From positions 9,891 to 73,890 of IMG/VR virus record IMGVR_UViG_3300032083_003901: a stretch of DNA of 64,000 nucleotides, one strand, 5' to 3'. This DNA is from a virus. Shown piece by piece: positions 50,359 to 59,202 of this stretch (within the stretch, counting starts at the first letter, position 1; every line of letters starts with the position of its first letter). A program made the translations under genes and the position numbers. The notes under the pieces are model-generated. The model saw only the letters and a list, made by a program, of their open reading frames with translations, was not told the origin of the DNA and ran no database searches.

Positions 50359-51240
50359 ATGAAAATCACGAAGCGTCAGCCAAGAAGAATCATTAGGGAA
50401 AATAGATCCCAAGAGATATTGAAATTAATATATGACAGAATTTCAGATGTTGGTTTTGGCGACGAAGATGAAGAAGATTTCGAATCTGTTAAAATTGAAC
50501 TAGAAGAAGATGGTCTAGCCACGCAAGAAGAACTAGATCAACTCACCTTTGATCAATGGAAAGAGCTTAAAGAATCGAAGACAATGAAAATCACAGAAAG
50601 CAAACTGAGACAAATTGTTCGAGAAGCTCTTCTTATTGAGCGCAGAGAGATGCTCGATCTTGTCACGAGCCCATACGAGGATTTGACAGACATCAACGTT
50701 TTAGCAAACTATGCGCTTAATAACGATATGCAGGGTGCTCTCAAAGATCCAGTGCTCCGAAGCTATATCGAAAAAAATCAAGCGCAGACTTTAGTTGATA
50801 ATTCTTACGAGTATCTAAAGTATGTGGGCGACACAAATCAGGGATTTCTTCCAGCTCCCGCGGGATGGAACCTGGATAAAGTGTACGACTTTGTTGAGAA
50901 GTTTGAAAACGAAGCTTTCAAATCATTCAGCCGACAAAAAGGCCAATCACATGATGCTCTCCCAGCAAAGAAAGAAAGAGAGATAATTGGAAAAGCGCTT
51001 ACAATGTCTTACGTGATGCCTGATGACATTAAGCAAATCGAATTCCAGATACGCAGATCGGGTGGAAAACCTACTAACATCAATATCGAAAATCCCACCA
51101 TGATGTCAAACATCACTGCACGAGAAGTGGAAAGACAGGGCCTAACATTGGACGACATTGCTAGGGTTCTACGGGATGGTGGTGCAAAAGAAAGCAAGAA
51201 AAGACCAGCGCGAGATTATACACCTCCAGCTTACGATTAA
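50359..51240 (+). CDS. Hypothetical protein with two KIT-tag motifs
   Basis: MKITKRQPRRIIRE at the N-terminus and MKITESKLRQIVRE at 50584. Confidence 0.7.
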   Translation: MKITKRQPRRIIRENRSQEILKLIYDRISDVGFGDEDEEDFESVKIELEEDGLATQEELDQLTFDQWKELKESKTMKITESKLRQIVREALLIERREMLDLVTSPYEDLTDINVLANYALNNDMQGALKDPVLRSYIEKNQAQTLVDNSYEYLKYVGDTNQGFLPAPAGWNLDKVYDFVEKFENEAFKSFSRQKGQSHDALPAKKEREIIGKALTMSYVMPDDIKQIEFQIRRSGGKPTNINIENPTMMSNITAREVERQGLTLDDIARVLRDGGAKESKKRPARDYTPPAYD

Positions 51241-51251
51241 GGATTTAAGAA

Positions 51252-51977
51252 ATGAAAATCACAAAGCGACAATTAAGAAGAATTATCAAAGAAGAAAAAG
51301 CCGTGCTGGAACAGTCGTGGCGCCAGAATCCTGCAAAGATCCGTCTCGAACGCCGCAAAAGAGACCGACAGAGAATGATTGACACAATGACCTTCGAACA
51401 ACTAAAAAGAAGAGCATTTGATTCGGCCCTAGGCATTCAGGGAAGGCTCAACACAGGTCAGTATGAATACGAAGACATTTGGGAAGCCGAGATCCCTATG
51501 CTAGCTGATTATATCGATGCTGCAAAAATAAAGGCAGCTGAAGAGGGTGTTACTTATGATGACATACCAGAAGTCCGACACAATGGTGGCCTTATAGATT
51601 TCAGTCGCTATTCTTTGGGATTGCCTGCTTCAATGAAGGAGAGCAAGATGAGAATCACAAAGCGACAACTCAGAAGAATCATCAAAGAAGAACTGCATCG
51701 CTTAAACGAGTCTGCCGCCAATAGCCGCATGGCACAGAGGCTTCGCGACTTTAAAGAAAGCGGATACACCGAAGAAGAAGCTGCTCGAGAAGTCTACGAA
51801 GACTATGACACCATTGAGTTCCTGCGTAAAATAGCGGCGGAAACCAAGGGTACGGATCCGGACTTCTCTTCCTACGTTTACGAAGTCGCTTACCAAGCCG
51901 ACGAAATCCGTAGCGACGGCAGCACGATGTTCGATGAGCCCGACCGCTACGGTGGCAGCCGATACAGTCGCTACTAG
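51252..51977 (+). CDS. Hypothetical protein with two KIT-tag motifs
   Basis: MKITKRQLRRIIKEE at the N-terminus and MRITKRQLRRIIKEE at 51648. Confidence 0.7.
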   Translation: MKITKRQLRRIIKEEKAVLEQSWRQNPAKIRLERRKRDRQRMIDTMTFEQLKRRAFDSALGIQGRLNTGQYEYEDIWEAEIPMLADYIDAAKIKAAEEGVTYDDIPEVRHNGGLIDFSRYSLGLPASMKESKMRITKRQLRRIIKEELHRLNESAANSRMAQRLRDFKESGYTEEEAAREVYEDYDTIEFLRKIAAETKGTDPDFSSYVYEVAYQADEIRSDGSTMFDEPDRYGGSRYSRY

Positions 51978-51994
51978 GAATGAGTGGAGGTACC

Positions 51995-52483
51995 GTGAAA
52001 ATCACCAGAAAGCAGCTCAGAAGAATTATCAAAGAGGCCATTGACGTAGTCAATGCCGAGACTGGCGAGGTCCTAGAACTAGGCGACGCAGCTGGTACCA
52101 ATCCGCCAGAAGCTGCGTGGCCTGATCTCAAACGTCGACTGGGATTGCAGCCAGAATCTGAGGGGTCGGATTACGCTGAGCTAAGCGGCGAAGACTTCAT
52201 GAGGCTGAGCGATGAGACCGAGGGCAAGAGACGCTCGCGCCATTACAGAGCTGAAGAAAAAAGACTAGACCCAGAAATGTTGCTGAATCGATTGAGCGAT
52301 TGGGCACGAGATGCAGCCGATGACTGGATGGCCGACAACCCCGGACAAGACATCGGTGACGTTGCTTATGACCTAGCCACGGGCGCCGAGTTCGCTTTCA
52401 AGCCTGACGAGTGGCGGACCATGTCATACGAGTTTGACACCGATCGTGACTTTCACGATTTCATCGTGAACTCCATGGTGTAA
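51995..52483 (+). CDS. Hypothetical protein with KIT-tag motif
   Basis: GTG start after GGAGG: (M)KITRKQLRRIIKEA. Confidence 0.7.
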   Translation: MKITRKQLRRIIKEAIDVVNAETGEVLELGDAAGTNPPEAAWPDLKRRLGLQPESEGSDYAELSGEDFMRLSDETEGKRRSRHYRAEEKRLDPEMLLNRLSDWARDAADDWMADNPGQDIGDVAYDLATGAEFAFKPDEWRTMSYEFDTDRDFHDFIVNSMV

Positions 52484-52610
52484 TAAAACACAATCCCCAA
52501 AGAGTCCATGCTAAAAGTTTTTGCAATTTATTTGTTAGGCGTTGCTGTCGGCATAATAATCGACAACATATTTTGGTACGGCGTAGCCCAACTCAGAAAG
52601 AACGAAGATT

Positions 52611-52868
52611 CTACTTGAATATTGACTCTTTTGCAGTTCTAAAAAGTCTAGGCAGGAAAGATTTCTTAAGACTAAGAAGTCTTTCGAATTTGGCTCGAGA
52701 GCGATGTTCAACGTATAAGGTAGTTGGCTTCTTGATCTCGCCATCAATCAGTTGATCGCTGAAGTCGTAGAACTTGGCTTTTGCCGGCGGAGCGGCATTG
52801 GCTGCTGATGCAACACTTAGAGAAGCAAGAATTAGCAGCGCAGCGATCGCAATTTTCAACTTTTTCAT
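52611..52868 (-). CDS. Secreted CglF/GltF-like (adventurous gliding motility) protein
   Basis: Signal peptide, then YDFSDQLIDGEIKKPTTLYVEHR..F..L...KSF, matching the DFxDxxIxGExxKPxxxYVxxR pattern. Confidence 0.6.
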   Translation of the reverse strand: MKKLKIAIAALLILASLSVASAANAAPPAKAKFYDFSDQLIDGEIKKPTTLYVEHRSRAKFERLLSLKKSFLPRLFRTAKESIFK

Positions 52869-53560
52869 TATTTCTTTTTCTTGGCTTTTGACTTCTTGAC
52901 GACTGCCCAAGGCTTCGAAGGCGTTGCTGCATTGACACGGGCCATTGCCCACTGGTGTTGAGTCATTCCCTTTCGAGAGCCGGAAGAAGCCCAAGCGGCC
53001 AGACCTTTTTTGTATTCAGCTTCCACGGATCCGGGAGTGAATCCTCTTTCTTCCGCTTTCTTTCGAAGGGTTGCCTTTGTCTTTTTGCTCAACTCCTCTT
53101 GCAGGATTTCACTGATCATTTCACGCAGATCGCTTTCGGTCATTCTTTTGTAAGACTCTTTCTTGGTGTCTTTGCGCGGCTTGTTTTTCCAGCCTTTTTT
53201 CTGCCGTTCTTGCTTTTCCATTCTTTCGCGGCGACGATAGGCTCTTGCAATTCTTTCGGGATCGCCACTGGCTAGGTCGGCTTTTGTTGCGTCTAGTTGC
53301 TTGTCTCTCTTTGAGCCTTGAGGGGCTCCGTACTGTCTGAGATGCGGTTTGTCCGACTCGTCCATGCTATCTGCTTCGTCGACAATTTTTTTAGCCTTTT
53401 CCTTGGACATTTTCACTGGATATTCTTTGTCGCCAATCTTTACTGACTTCTTGCCGTCCATTGCTGCTTGTGCAATCTTATAACTGAATTCGTTTTCAGC
53501 CAACTCTTCTTCCTGTAGCACTTCGTTCAACAATTGCTTGACTATGTCTTTTATATCCAT
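52868..53560 (-). CDS. Conserved viral hypothetical protein (DUF5824-like C-terminus)
   Basis: LRKKAEE.G......YKKGLAAW..G.R.G.TQHQWAMARVN; TESDLREMISE tag variant. Confidence 0.6.
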   Translation of the reverse strand: MDIKDIVKQLLNEVLQEEELAENEFSYKIAQAAMDGKKSVKIGDKEYPVKMSKEKAKKIVDEADSMDESDKPHLRQYGAPQGSKRDKQLDATKADLASGDPERIARAYRRRERMEKQERQKKGWKNKPRKDTKKESYKRMTESDLREMISEILQEELSKKTKATLRKKAEERGFTPGSVEAEYKKGLAAWASSGSRKGMTQHQWAMARVNAATPSKPWAVVKKSKAKKKK

Positions 53561-53577
53561 GACGGATTTCTCCTCTT

Positions 53578-53606
53578 GTGTAATGTTTCATTAAGTATGT
53601 TATAAT
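53578..53606 (+). promoter_or_regulatory. GTGTAA-N17-TATAAT promoter for uvsE, overlapping a divergent ATACTTA late-like motif
   Basis: Exact motif; the minus strand reads ATACTTAA at 53591-53598. Confidence 0.65.
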
Positions 53607-53633
53607 GGTACAGAATTCAAGCTTGGAGCCAAA

Positions 53634-54575
53634 ATGTCAAACAATCGATTCGGTTACTGTTGCATCAACCTCACACTGCAAAAATCAGAAAAGATCATGA
53701 CTAACCGCACGATGCGACGTAAGACATTTGATTTGAAGGGCCTAGGTTACACATCACAACTGGCTTTCGATAACACCAGGGACCTCATACGCATCTTAGA
53801 ATGGAATGCTGAGCATGGCTTCGAAGTGTTTCGCATGACATCCACTCTCTTTCCTTGGGCCAGCGAGTACGAGATGGACGACTTGCCAGACATTGAAGCA
53901 ATTCGAGAAAACATGCGCAAAGCTGGCGAATTGGCCCGCAGCACTGGACAAAGGTTATCTTTCCATCCCGGGCCTTTCAATTGCCTAGCTTCTCCTAAAG
54001 AAAACGTGGTGCTCAACTGCATCAAAGACCTCAGCATCCATGGCGAACAGATGGACATGTTTGGCATGCCACGAGACCACAATGCTAAGATCAACATTCA
54101 CATTGGCGCCGCTTATGGCGATCGAGAGGCAGCGCTGGACACGTGGTGCCGCAATTTTGAGCGCTTGCCCGAAAGCGTGCGAAGTCGGCTGACGGTCGAG
54201 AATGACGATCGTAAAAATTTGTATTCTACCAAAATGCTGTACGAGTCAGTTTACAAGCGCCTAGGCGTTCCTATCGTTTTTGACTCGCATCACTTTCAGT
54301 GCGGACCACAGGACTCTTCCTACGAGGAGGCGTTCCTAATGGCTTACGAAACCTGGCCTAACGGCATTCGTCCCGTGTGTCACCATTCAAACAGCAAAAA
54401 ATTTCACGAAGATCCGACGTGTCGCAACCCAGCTGCGCACTCAGATTACTACTACGAGCCATTTGACTCTTGCGGCAAATCAGTCGACGTTGCGATGGAA
54501 GCCAAAGCCAAAGAGTTAGCTGTATTTGACTACCTTCAAAAATTTGAGCCCGCTGAGGAAAAACAGGCTGCGTAG
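53634..54575 (+). CDS. uvsE: UV damage endonuclease UvsE/UVDE
   Basis: GYCCIN, FRMTS, RLSFHPGPF, INIHIG, RLTVENDD, VFDSHH, AHSDY, MEAKAKE. Confidence 0.95.
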   Translation: MSNNRFGYCCINLTLQKSEKIMTNRTMRRKTFDLKGLGYTSQLAFDNTRDLIRILEWNAEHGFEVFRMTSTLFPWASEYEMDDLPDIEAIRENMRKAGELARSTGQRLSFHPGPFNCLASPKENVVLNCIKDLSIHGEQMDMFGMPRDHNAKINIHIGAAYGDREAALDTWCRNFERLPESVRSRLTVENDDRKNLYSTKMLYESVYKRLGVPIVFDSHHFQCGPQDSSYEEAFLMAYETWPNGIRPVCHHSNSKKFHEDPTCRNPAAHSDYYYEPFDSCGKSVDVAMEAKAKELAVFDYLQKFEPAEEKQAA

Positions 54576-54586
54576 TTGCTTTTGGC

Positions 54587-54596
54587 GTGATATTTA
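54587..54596 (+). promoter_or_regulatory. Putative late promoter GTGATATTTA
   Basis: Exact copy. Confidence 0.7.
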
Positions 54597-54625
54597 ATCG
54601 CACAAAGCAAACCCAAGGAGCCACA

Positions 54626-54898
54626 ATGCCCTCTATAACTGAATCGCAGCTTCGTGCAATGGTCCGCAACGAGCTCAAACAGAGAATGCTCACCGAGCAA
54701 GTCAAGTCTAAGACAGATCTAAAACAGCACTTTCTCAGCACGTTGGATAAGATTGGCGAAGACGTTGACACAGTTGAGATTCAAGCTCTAGCTCAAATTT
54801 TAGACAAGGCAGTCGAAATTGCCGCAACAAAAAACCTTAAGACCCTGGCACCAAAAGTCATTGCTGCAATGGGACAAAAAGCCGGACTAAAACAGTAA
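54626..54898 (+). CDS. Hypothetical protein with tag variant ITESQLRAMVRNE
   Basis: AAGGAG RBS. Confidence 0.65.
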   Translation: MPSITESQLRAMVRNELKQRMLTEQVKSKTDLKQHFLSTLDKIGEDVDTVEIQALAQILDKAVEIAATKNLKTLAPKVIAAMGQKAGLKQ

Positions 54899-54903
54899 AA
54901 TAA

Positions 54904-55677
54904 ATGCTAACAGAATCACAGATCAGAGCGAGAATTCGCACGCAGATGAGAACTGCGCTACTAACCAGCGATGTTGCTAAGCTCAGAGAACAAAGAGAAA
55001 AAGAAGCTGTTGAAAAAATTGCTTCTAACTTGAAGGCTCTAGCAGCAGCTTTGGATAGCGAAGTTGAAAATCTGGAGTCGATGACTTTTGAAGAGTTCGA
55101 AAATGATCAAACGATTGAAGAGTCTGTTGATCACAATCGATTGAACGAAAGTATGCTAGTGACTCTTTACGGTGCGGTTATATCCGCATCTGGCATCGCT
55201 AAGATTCTAGGTTATATGGCCAAAGGTATTGCAAAAGTTTTAAACAGACTAGGCCTGGATAATATAGACCCAGAAAAAGAAGGCAAGACATTTTTCGAGA
55301 TTAGCGAGTACATTCACCATCTTTACTTGGGCGCTCTGAAAAAACTTGCTGCTAAAATGGGAATTCCGGAAAACAAACGAAGCTTGGCTGCAAACGTCAT
55401 GTTTGGTGTTTTGCTTGGTGCTGCTATGTCCTTTACTGGCATGGAACTCTATTCTGCAATCAAAGGTGGCAAGTTAGCTTTATCCTTGGGTGAAGGTGGC
55501 ATGGCCGGAATCAAGATTGGCGAAGGCGCTGAGACCGGTGCTAACATATGGACTTTAGTTCAAGAAGCCTTTTCTTCAGTGCCTGAATTGGCAGGCACAA
55601 TTGTTGATACGGCTGAAACTACTGAAGAAGTTTTGGATGCGATTGATGCAGTTGCTAACATGTCGAGTGCGTCATGA
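54904..55677 (+). CDS. Hypothetical protein with hydrophobic helices and tag variant LTESQIRARIR
   Basis: 257 aa; Gly/Ala-rich hydrophobic segments. Confidence 0.65.
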   Translation: MLTESQIRARIRTQMRTALLTSDVAKLREQREKEAVEKIASNLKALAAALDSEVENLESMTFEEFENDQTIEESVDHNRLNESMLVTLYGAVISASGIAKILGYMAKGIAKVLNRLGLDNIDPEKEGKTFFEISEYIHHLYLGALKKLAAKMGIPENKRSLAANVMFGVLLGAAMSFTGMELYSAIKGGKLALSLGEGGMAGIKIGEGAETGANIWTLVQEAFSSVPELAGTIVDTAETTEEVLDAIDAVANMSSAS

Positions 55678-56189
55678 TTCGCAAAGTATTTAGCCACCTC
55701 TTTGAGCAAGTTGAAGAGGCAGATTTTGTAGATTCTACTGCGATACTGCGGCGCCTGTCCGATGAAGGCGTTGGTGAGCCTGCTGGGAAAGCCAATTTTG
55801 AACAAACGGACATGGGTTTGATAATCCGCTTGAAAGCAGAAGGATTAGAGCCAGGCGAGCACGGAGTCCATATTCACGAAAATCCGAATGTAGGCCCGGG
55901 AGAAAAAGACGGCAAAATGCAAGCAGGTATTGCAGCCGGCGGCCATTACGACCCAGAAGGCACAGGTAAACACTTGGGCCCTTATGGTTCAGGACACCTA
56001 GGCGATCTTCCTAGAGCATACGCTTTAGAAGATGGCACATTAGATGCTATTCTCCTTGCGCCCAGGCTGTCTCTGAAAGATGTTCGCAATCGATCGATTA
56101 TCATCCATGCCGGCGGTGACAACTATTCTGATAAGCCAGAACCCATGGGTGGCGGCGGATCAAGGATTCTAGGCGGAGTAATAGAATGA
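55674..56189 (+). CDS. sodC: Cu/Zn superoxide dismutase
   Basis: HGVHIHE, GGHYDP, HLGP, HLGDL, IIHAGGDN, GGGGSR; no signal peptide. Confidence 0.93.
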   Translation: MIRKVFSHLFEQVEEADFVDSTAILRRLSDEGVGEPAGKANFEQTDMGLIIRLKAEGLEPGEHGVHIHENPNVGPGEKDGKMQAGIAAGGHYDPEGTGKHLGPYGSGHLGDLPRAYALEDGTLDAILLAPRLSLKDVRNRSIIIHAGGDNYSDKPEPMGGGGSRILGGVIE

Positions 56190-57730
56190 AAAAGAAATAT
56201 TCTGGTTCTCAACCTGATCAGCAATATGTGCCAGCGACTTCATCAAATTTGTTTCTCGACCGCGAAGGCCACGAGAACGAGTGGGAGCCAGAGTACTTGC
56301 GAAAGATTAGTGACTACTACAAAAACATGGGATTGATTGAAGAGCAAACGTTGCCCATTCCCAGAGATCTTTATGGCGGCCTGGAAGATGTAATTGAGAA
56401 GTCAGGCTTTCACTTAGAAGACAACGAGTATGCTGACTTTTACAGAAATCTCGAGCAGACTGATGCAGCCCGCACGCTGAACAGGGCGCTCAACAATTAT
56501 TTTAAAGAGCTTAACATACCGATCAAGTTCGCTGTCATTAGCATCGATGAATTTTCTTCTCCCAAATTGCAGGACAATGATAACCCTAATCGCTTTGTAG
56601 TGAGCGCCGGCGCCGGCCAAAACTCTAGAGGCAAAGGCGTTGTCGATCTCTATGCTGTGGTGTCAGTTGAAGACTTCGATAGTTCATTGGTTGATCCCAA
56701 AGTGGTGGCCAAAGAAGTGGCAACCGTCATTCGCCATGAAATGGTTCACGATCGTCAATACGATTCTCTGGCTAAAGACATGGGAATATCCAGGAAGGCA
56801 GCCAAGAAGAAGTTTGAGGAGTGGGGGCTGATTCCGCCTGAAGGCGCGCCAAGAAAAGACTATCTCAAGTCGCACATTGAGATCGATGCTTTCGGTCACG
56901 AGTTTGCAGACAGACTAGCACAGAAATTCGGTTTAGAAAAAGCTGAGCTCATGGTTGCAACTGCAGATGTCGCAGATCTCGAGAAGTTAGCTAATGACCT
57001 TGATGCTGAGATGAGCGACAATTTCGTTGAGTATTACAAGGACCATCCGAAAGAAAAGTTTACCAATCGATTGCAGAAGAAGATTCGCAAGTACTTAAAG
57101 CTCTTCAGGTCTGAGGGGATTTATGAGTCGAAATTTGAAAGGAAAGAAACCATGAAAATTACAAAGAATCAACTTAGAAGAATCATTAAAGAAGCAATGG
57201 ACTACGATCCACTTGGAGATGCCGGTGTTCCTCATGTCGGTGCTGGTCCCAAGTATGCCTTGGCCTTTGTCGATGCCTCGTACGGTGACCGAAGAATGGA
57301 ACTAGTCGTCAGAGAAGAGGATGCTGAACTGGCTCGCAAGGTAATGAAAAAGATGCGAAAGCAAGGCCAGGTATCAGGTGTGCAACCGACTCGACAAAAG
57401 TTTGACCCACGTGATGTCACTACCAAAGAAGACCTGATGCGAATGCTGAGCGAAGCTGCTACAATGCCCAGTCGAAGCCGCATGAAAGAACTCAAGGATG
57501 CTGCATGGGCAAAAGTAAGCGAGCGAGTTGCCTTTCTTCCATACGACGTGAGATCAGTCAGAATCGTACCGCACCAGAACCTGAGTGACAATGAACGCGT
57601 GGAGCCCGAGTTCGAGGACCAGATGATGATGCGAGTCTACGTCAAGGATCGAAACGGAAGAAATCCAGTCTTCGATGTGGTCATGAATCTAGCAAGCGGA
57701 CGTGCCGAAGGCATTTCAAAAGTAAAATAA
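56186..57730 (+). CDS. Multi-module protein: zincin-like HEMVH domain plus an internal KIT-tagged module
   Basis: IRHEMVHDRQ..EIDAFG; ESKFERKETMKITKNQLRRIIKEA. Confidence 0.7.
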   Translation: MKKKYSGSQPDQQYVPATSSNLFLDREGHENEWEPEYLRKISDYYKNMGLIEEQTLPIPRDLYGGLEDVIEKSGFHLEDNEYADFYRNLEQTDAARTLNRALNNYFKELNIPIKFAVISIDEFSSPKLQDNDNPNRFVVSAGAGQNSRGKGVVDLYAVVSVEDFDSSLVDPKVVAKEVATVIRHEMVHDRQYDSLAKDMGISRKAAKKKFEEWGLIPPEGAPRKDYLKSHIEIDAFGHEFADRLAQKFGLEKAELMVATADVADLEKLANDLDAEMSDNFVEYYKDHPKEKFTNRLQKKIRKYLKLFRSEGIYESKFERKETMKITKNQLRRIIKEAMDYDPLGDAGVPHVGAGPKYALAFVDASYGDRRMELVVREEDAELARKVMKKMRKQGQVSGVQPTRQKFDPRDVTTKEDLMRMLSEAATMPSRSRMKELKDAAWAKVSERVAFLPYDVRSVRIVPHQNLSDNERVEPEFEDQMMMRVYVKDRNGRNPVFDVVMNLASGRAEGISKVK

Positions 57731-57777
57731 AACTATACTCTGTTTTACTTCTTTGTTGGCAAACAAATAATCAAAGA

Positions 57778-58035
57778 ATGGATTCGTATACAGATAGAAT
57801 CGAACGTTTGAGAGAAGAAAATGGATCTGGCGATGTCAATAGAATTGCAGATGCCATGGACGATGCACTTGAACTTTTAGATGAATTGGTCGACGAACTT
57901 GAATCAACTTGGCAAATGCTGGACGAGTTGAAAGCATCTGAAGTTTCAAATCACAAAGAAGCTCAGATGGAAACTATTGACAAAGTGCTCTTGCGCACCA
58001 AGAGCAAACTAATGACGAAAGTAGGTAAAGCATGA
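57778..58035 (+). CDS. Hypothetical coiled-coil protein
   Basis: 85 aa. Confidence 0.55.
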   Translation: MDSYTDRIERLREENGSGDVNRIADAMDDALELLDELVDELESTWQMLDELKASEVSNHKEAQMETIDKVLLRTKSKLMTKVGKA

Positions 58036-58241
58036 GACAAGTTAGAGTTGGCGACAAGGTCAGAGCGTTTTTAGATCCAAACATTGCAGGCGAAGTCGCG
58101 GAAATTTTTTACAAGCAGTCGGCTGGCGTCATGTTGATGGTCGGCGGCGTTCCTCCTGTAGAAGCATATGCTAAAGTCCTATTGTCCAACGGGCAGGTTG
58201 CAATTGTAAGAACTACTGAGCTCTCTATTGTCGATCGATAG
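58032..58241 (+). CDS. Hypothetical SH3/KOW-like small protein
   Basis: VRVGDKVRA beta-rich pattern. Confidence 0.5.
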   Translation: MRQVRVGDKVRAFLDPNIAGEVAEIFYKQSAGVMLMVGGVPPVEAYAKVLLSNGQVAIVRTTELSIVDR

Positions 58242-58552
58242 TGTGGCACATTTACGTTGTTGAATGCTGCGACGGTTCTCTTTATTGCGGCATTTCAAAA
58301 GATGTGCAGTCCCGCGTGCAAAAACACAATTCAGGCAAGGGCGCAAAGTATACTAGGTCTAGACTACCTGTCAAGCTAGTTGCTTCTGCGCCTGTTAGTG
58401 AAAGCAAATCGCTGGCACTAAAAGCTGAGTATCGATTTAAAAAGTTGCACAAAAGTAAAAAAATAGTTTATATTCGTGCGGGGTTTGAGAATTTCTTATC
58501 TCAAAATGCTGTAATGGACGCTCATGATCCAGGTATAAACAGCGGCGCATAA
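58241..58552 (+). CDS. GIY-YIG nuclease (UPF0213-like)
   Basis: IYVVECCDGSLYCGIS..R..HNSGKGAKYTR.R.P, ALKAEY. Confidence 0.88.
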   Translation: MWHIYVVECCDGSLYCGISKDVQSRVQKHNSGKGAKYTRSRLPVKLVASAPVSESKSLALKAEYRFKKLHKSKKIVYIRAGFENFLSQNAVMDAHDPGINSGA

Positions 58553-58792
58553 AACAAGGGCAAATTGCGTGCCAGCACTCTTTCCTAGGCGTTTGAGCAG
58601 AACTAAGCCTAATATAACCAAAACCATCTTGCAAAGGTAGAATAAACTTGGATGAATCTCTAGTAGGTAGTCCATGAGGGGATTTTGTTCTGTTGCGAGC
58701 TTGTTTCCCACGCTATAGTGCGTCAGCACTGCATCGATCAGATTCAGCACGAAAATATAGAAGAACAGGAAGTTTGCCTTGATGGCGTTCAT
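58496..58792 (-). CDS. DUF5658-like membrane protein
   Basis: LNLIDAVLT...EQNPLM, three hydrophobic segments. Confidence 0.65.
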   Translation of the reverse strand: MNAIKANFLFFYIFVLNLIDAVLTHYSVGNKLATEQNPLMDYLLEIHPSLFYLCKMVLVILGLVLLKRLGKSAGTQFALVLCAAVYTWIMSVHYSILR

Positions 58793-58796
58793 GCCA

Positions 58797-59141
58797 TTAA
58801 GTATTTTTCCAAAAAATCTGAATCGCCATAATGACAAAAGATAAAAATATGCATGTCATAGTTTTTGGATTGAACGGGGACTCATTGAGATAAAAGTATG
58901 TCATGACAGGAAAGACAAAGTACGATGCTCCAAATGCCAACAGTCTAACAGTCCAAAGGCTTTGAAATTGGGCATGTCCTAATTTTGTCACGTAAAAAAC
59001 CAATATGTTTGCAGGTATACCAATGATTACAGCCCACAGCAAAGCGTAAGTCTGATTTTTTATGATAAGTTGAAGATTTGACGCGTACCATATGGTTGTG
59101 TGCATCATGATTAACAGACAAGAGAGTATAAAGAGTTGCAT
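58797..59141 (-). CDS. Four-TM small membrane protein (DMT/SMR-like)
   Basis: Four hydrophobic helices, YLNES..K. Confidence 0.55.
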   Translation of the reverse strand: MQLFILSCLLIMMHTTIWYASNLQLIIKNQTYALLWAVIIGIPANILVFYVTKLGHAQFQSLWTVRLLAFGASYFVFPVMTYFYLNESPFNPKTMTCIFLSFVIMAIQIFWKNT

Positions 59142-59202
59142 GCTTGGTGCCTTGAAAAACTTGTAGCAAAGTGATAGTATATCAACGAAGCTAATTAATC
59201 AC

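Larger units (their letters stand above)
50359..57194 (+). repeat. Dispersed ~42-bp repeat encoding MKITKRQLRRIIKE
   Basis: Copies at 50359, 50584, 51252, 51648, 51995 and 57152 (ATGAAAATCACAAAGCGACAA..AGAAGAATTATCAAAGAA-like). Confidence 0.85.
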
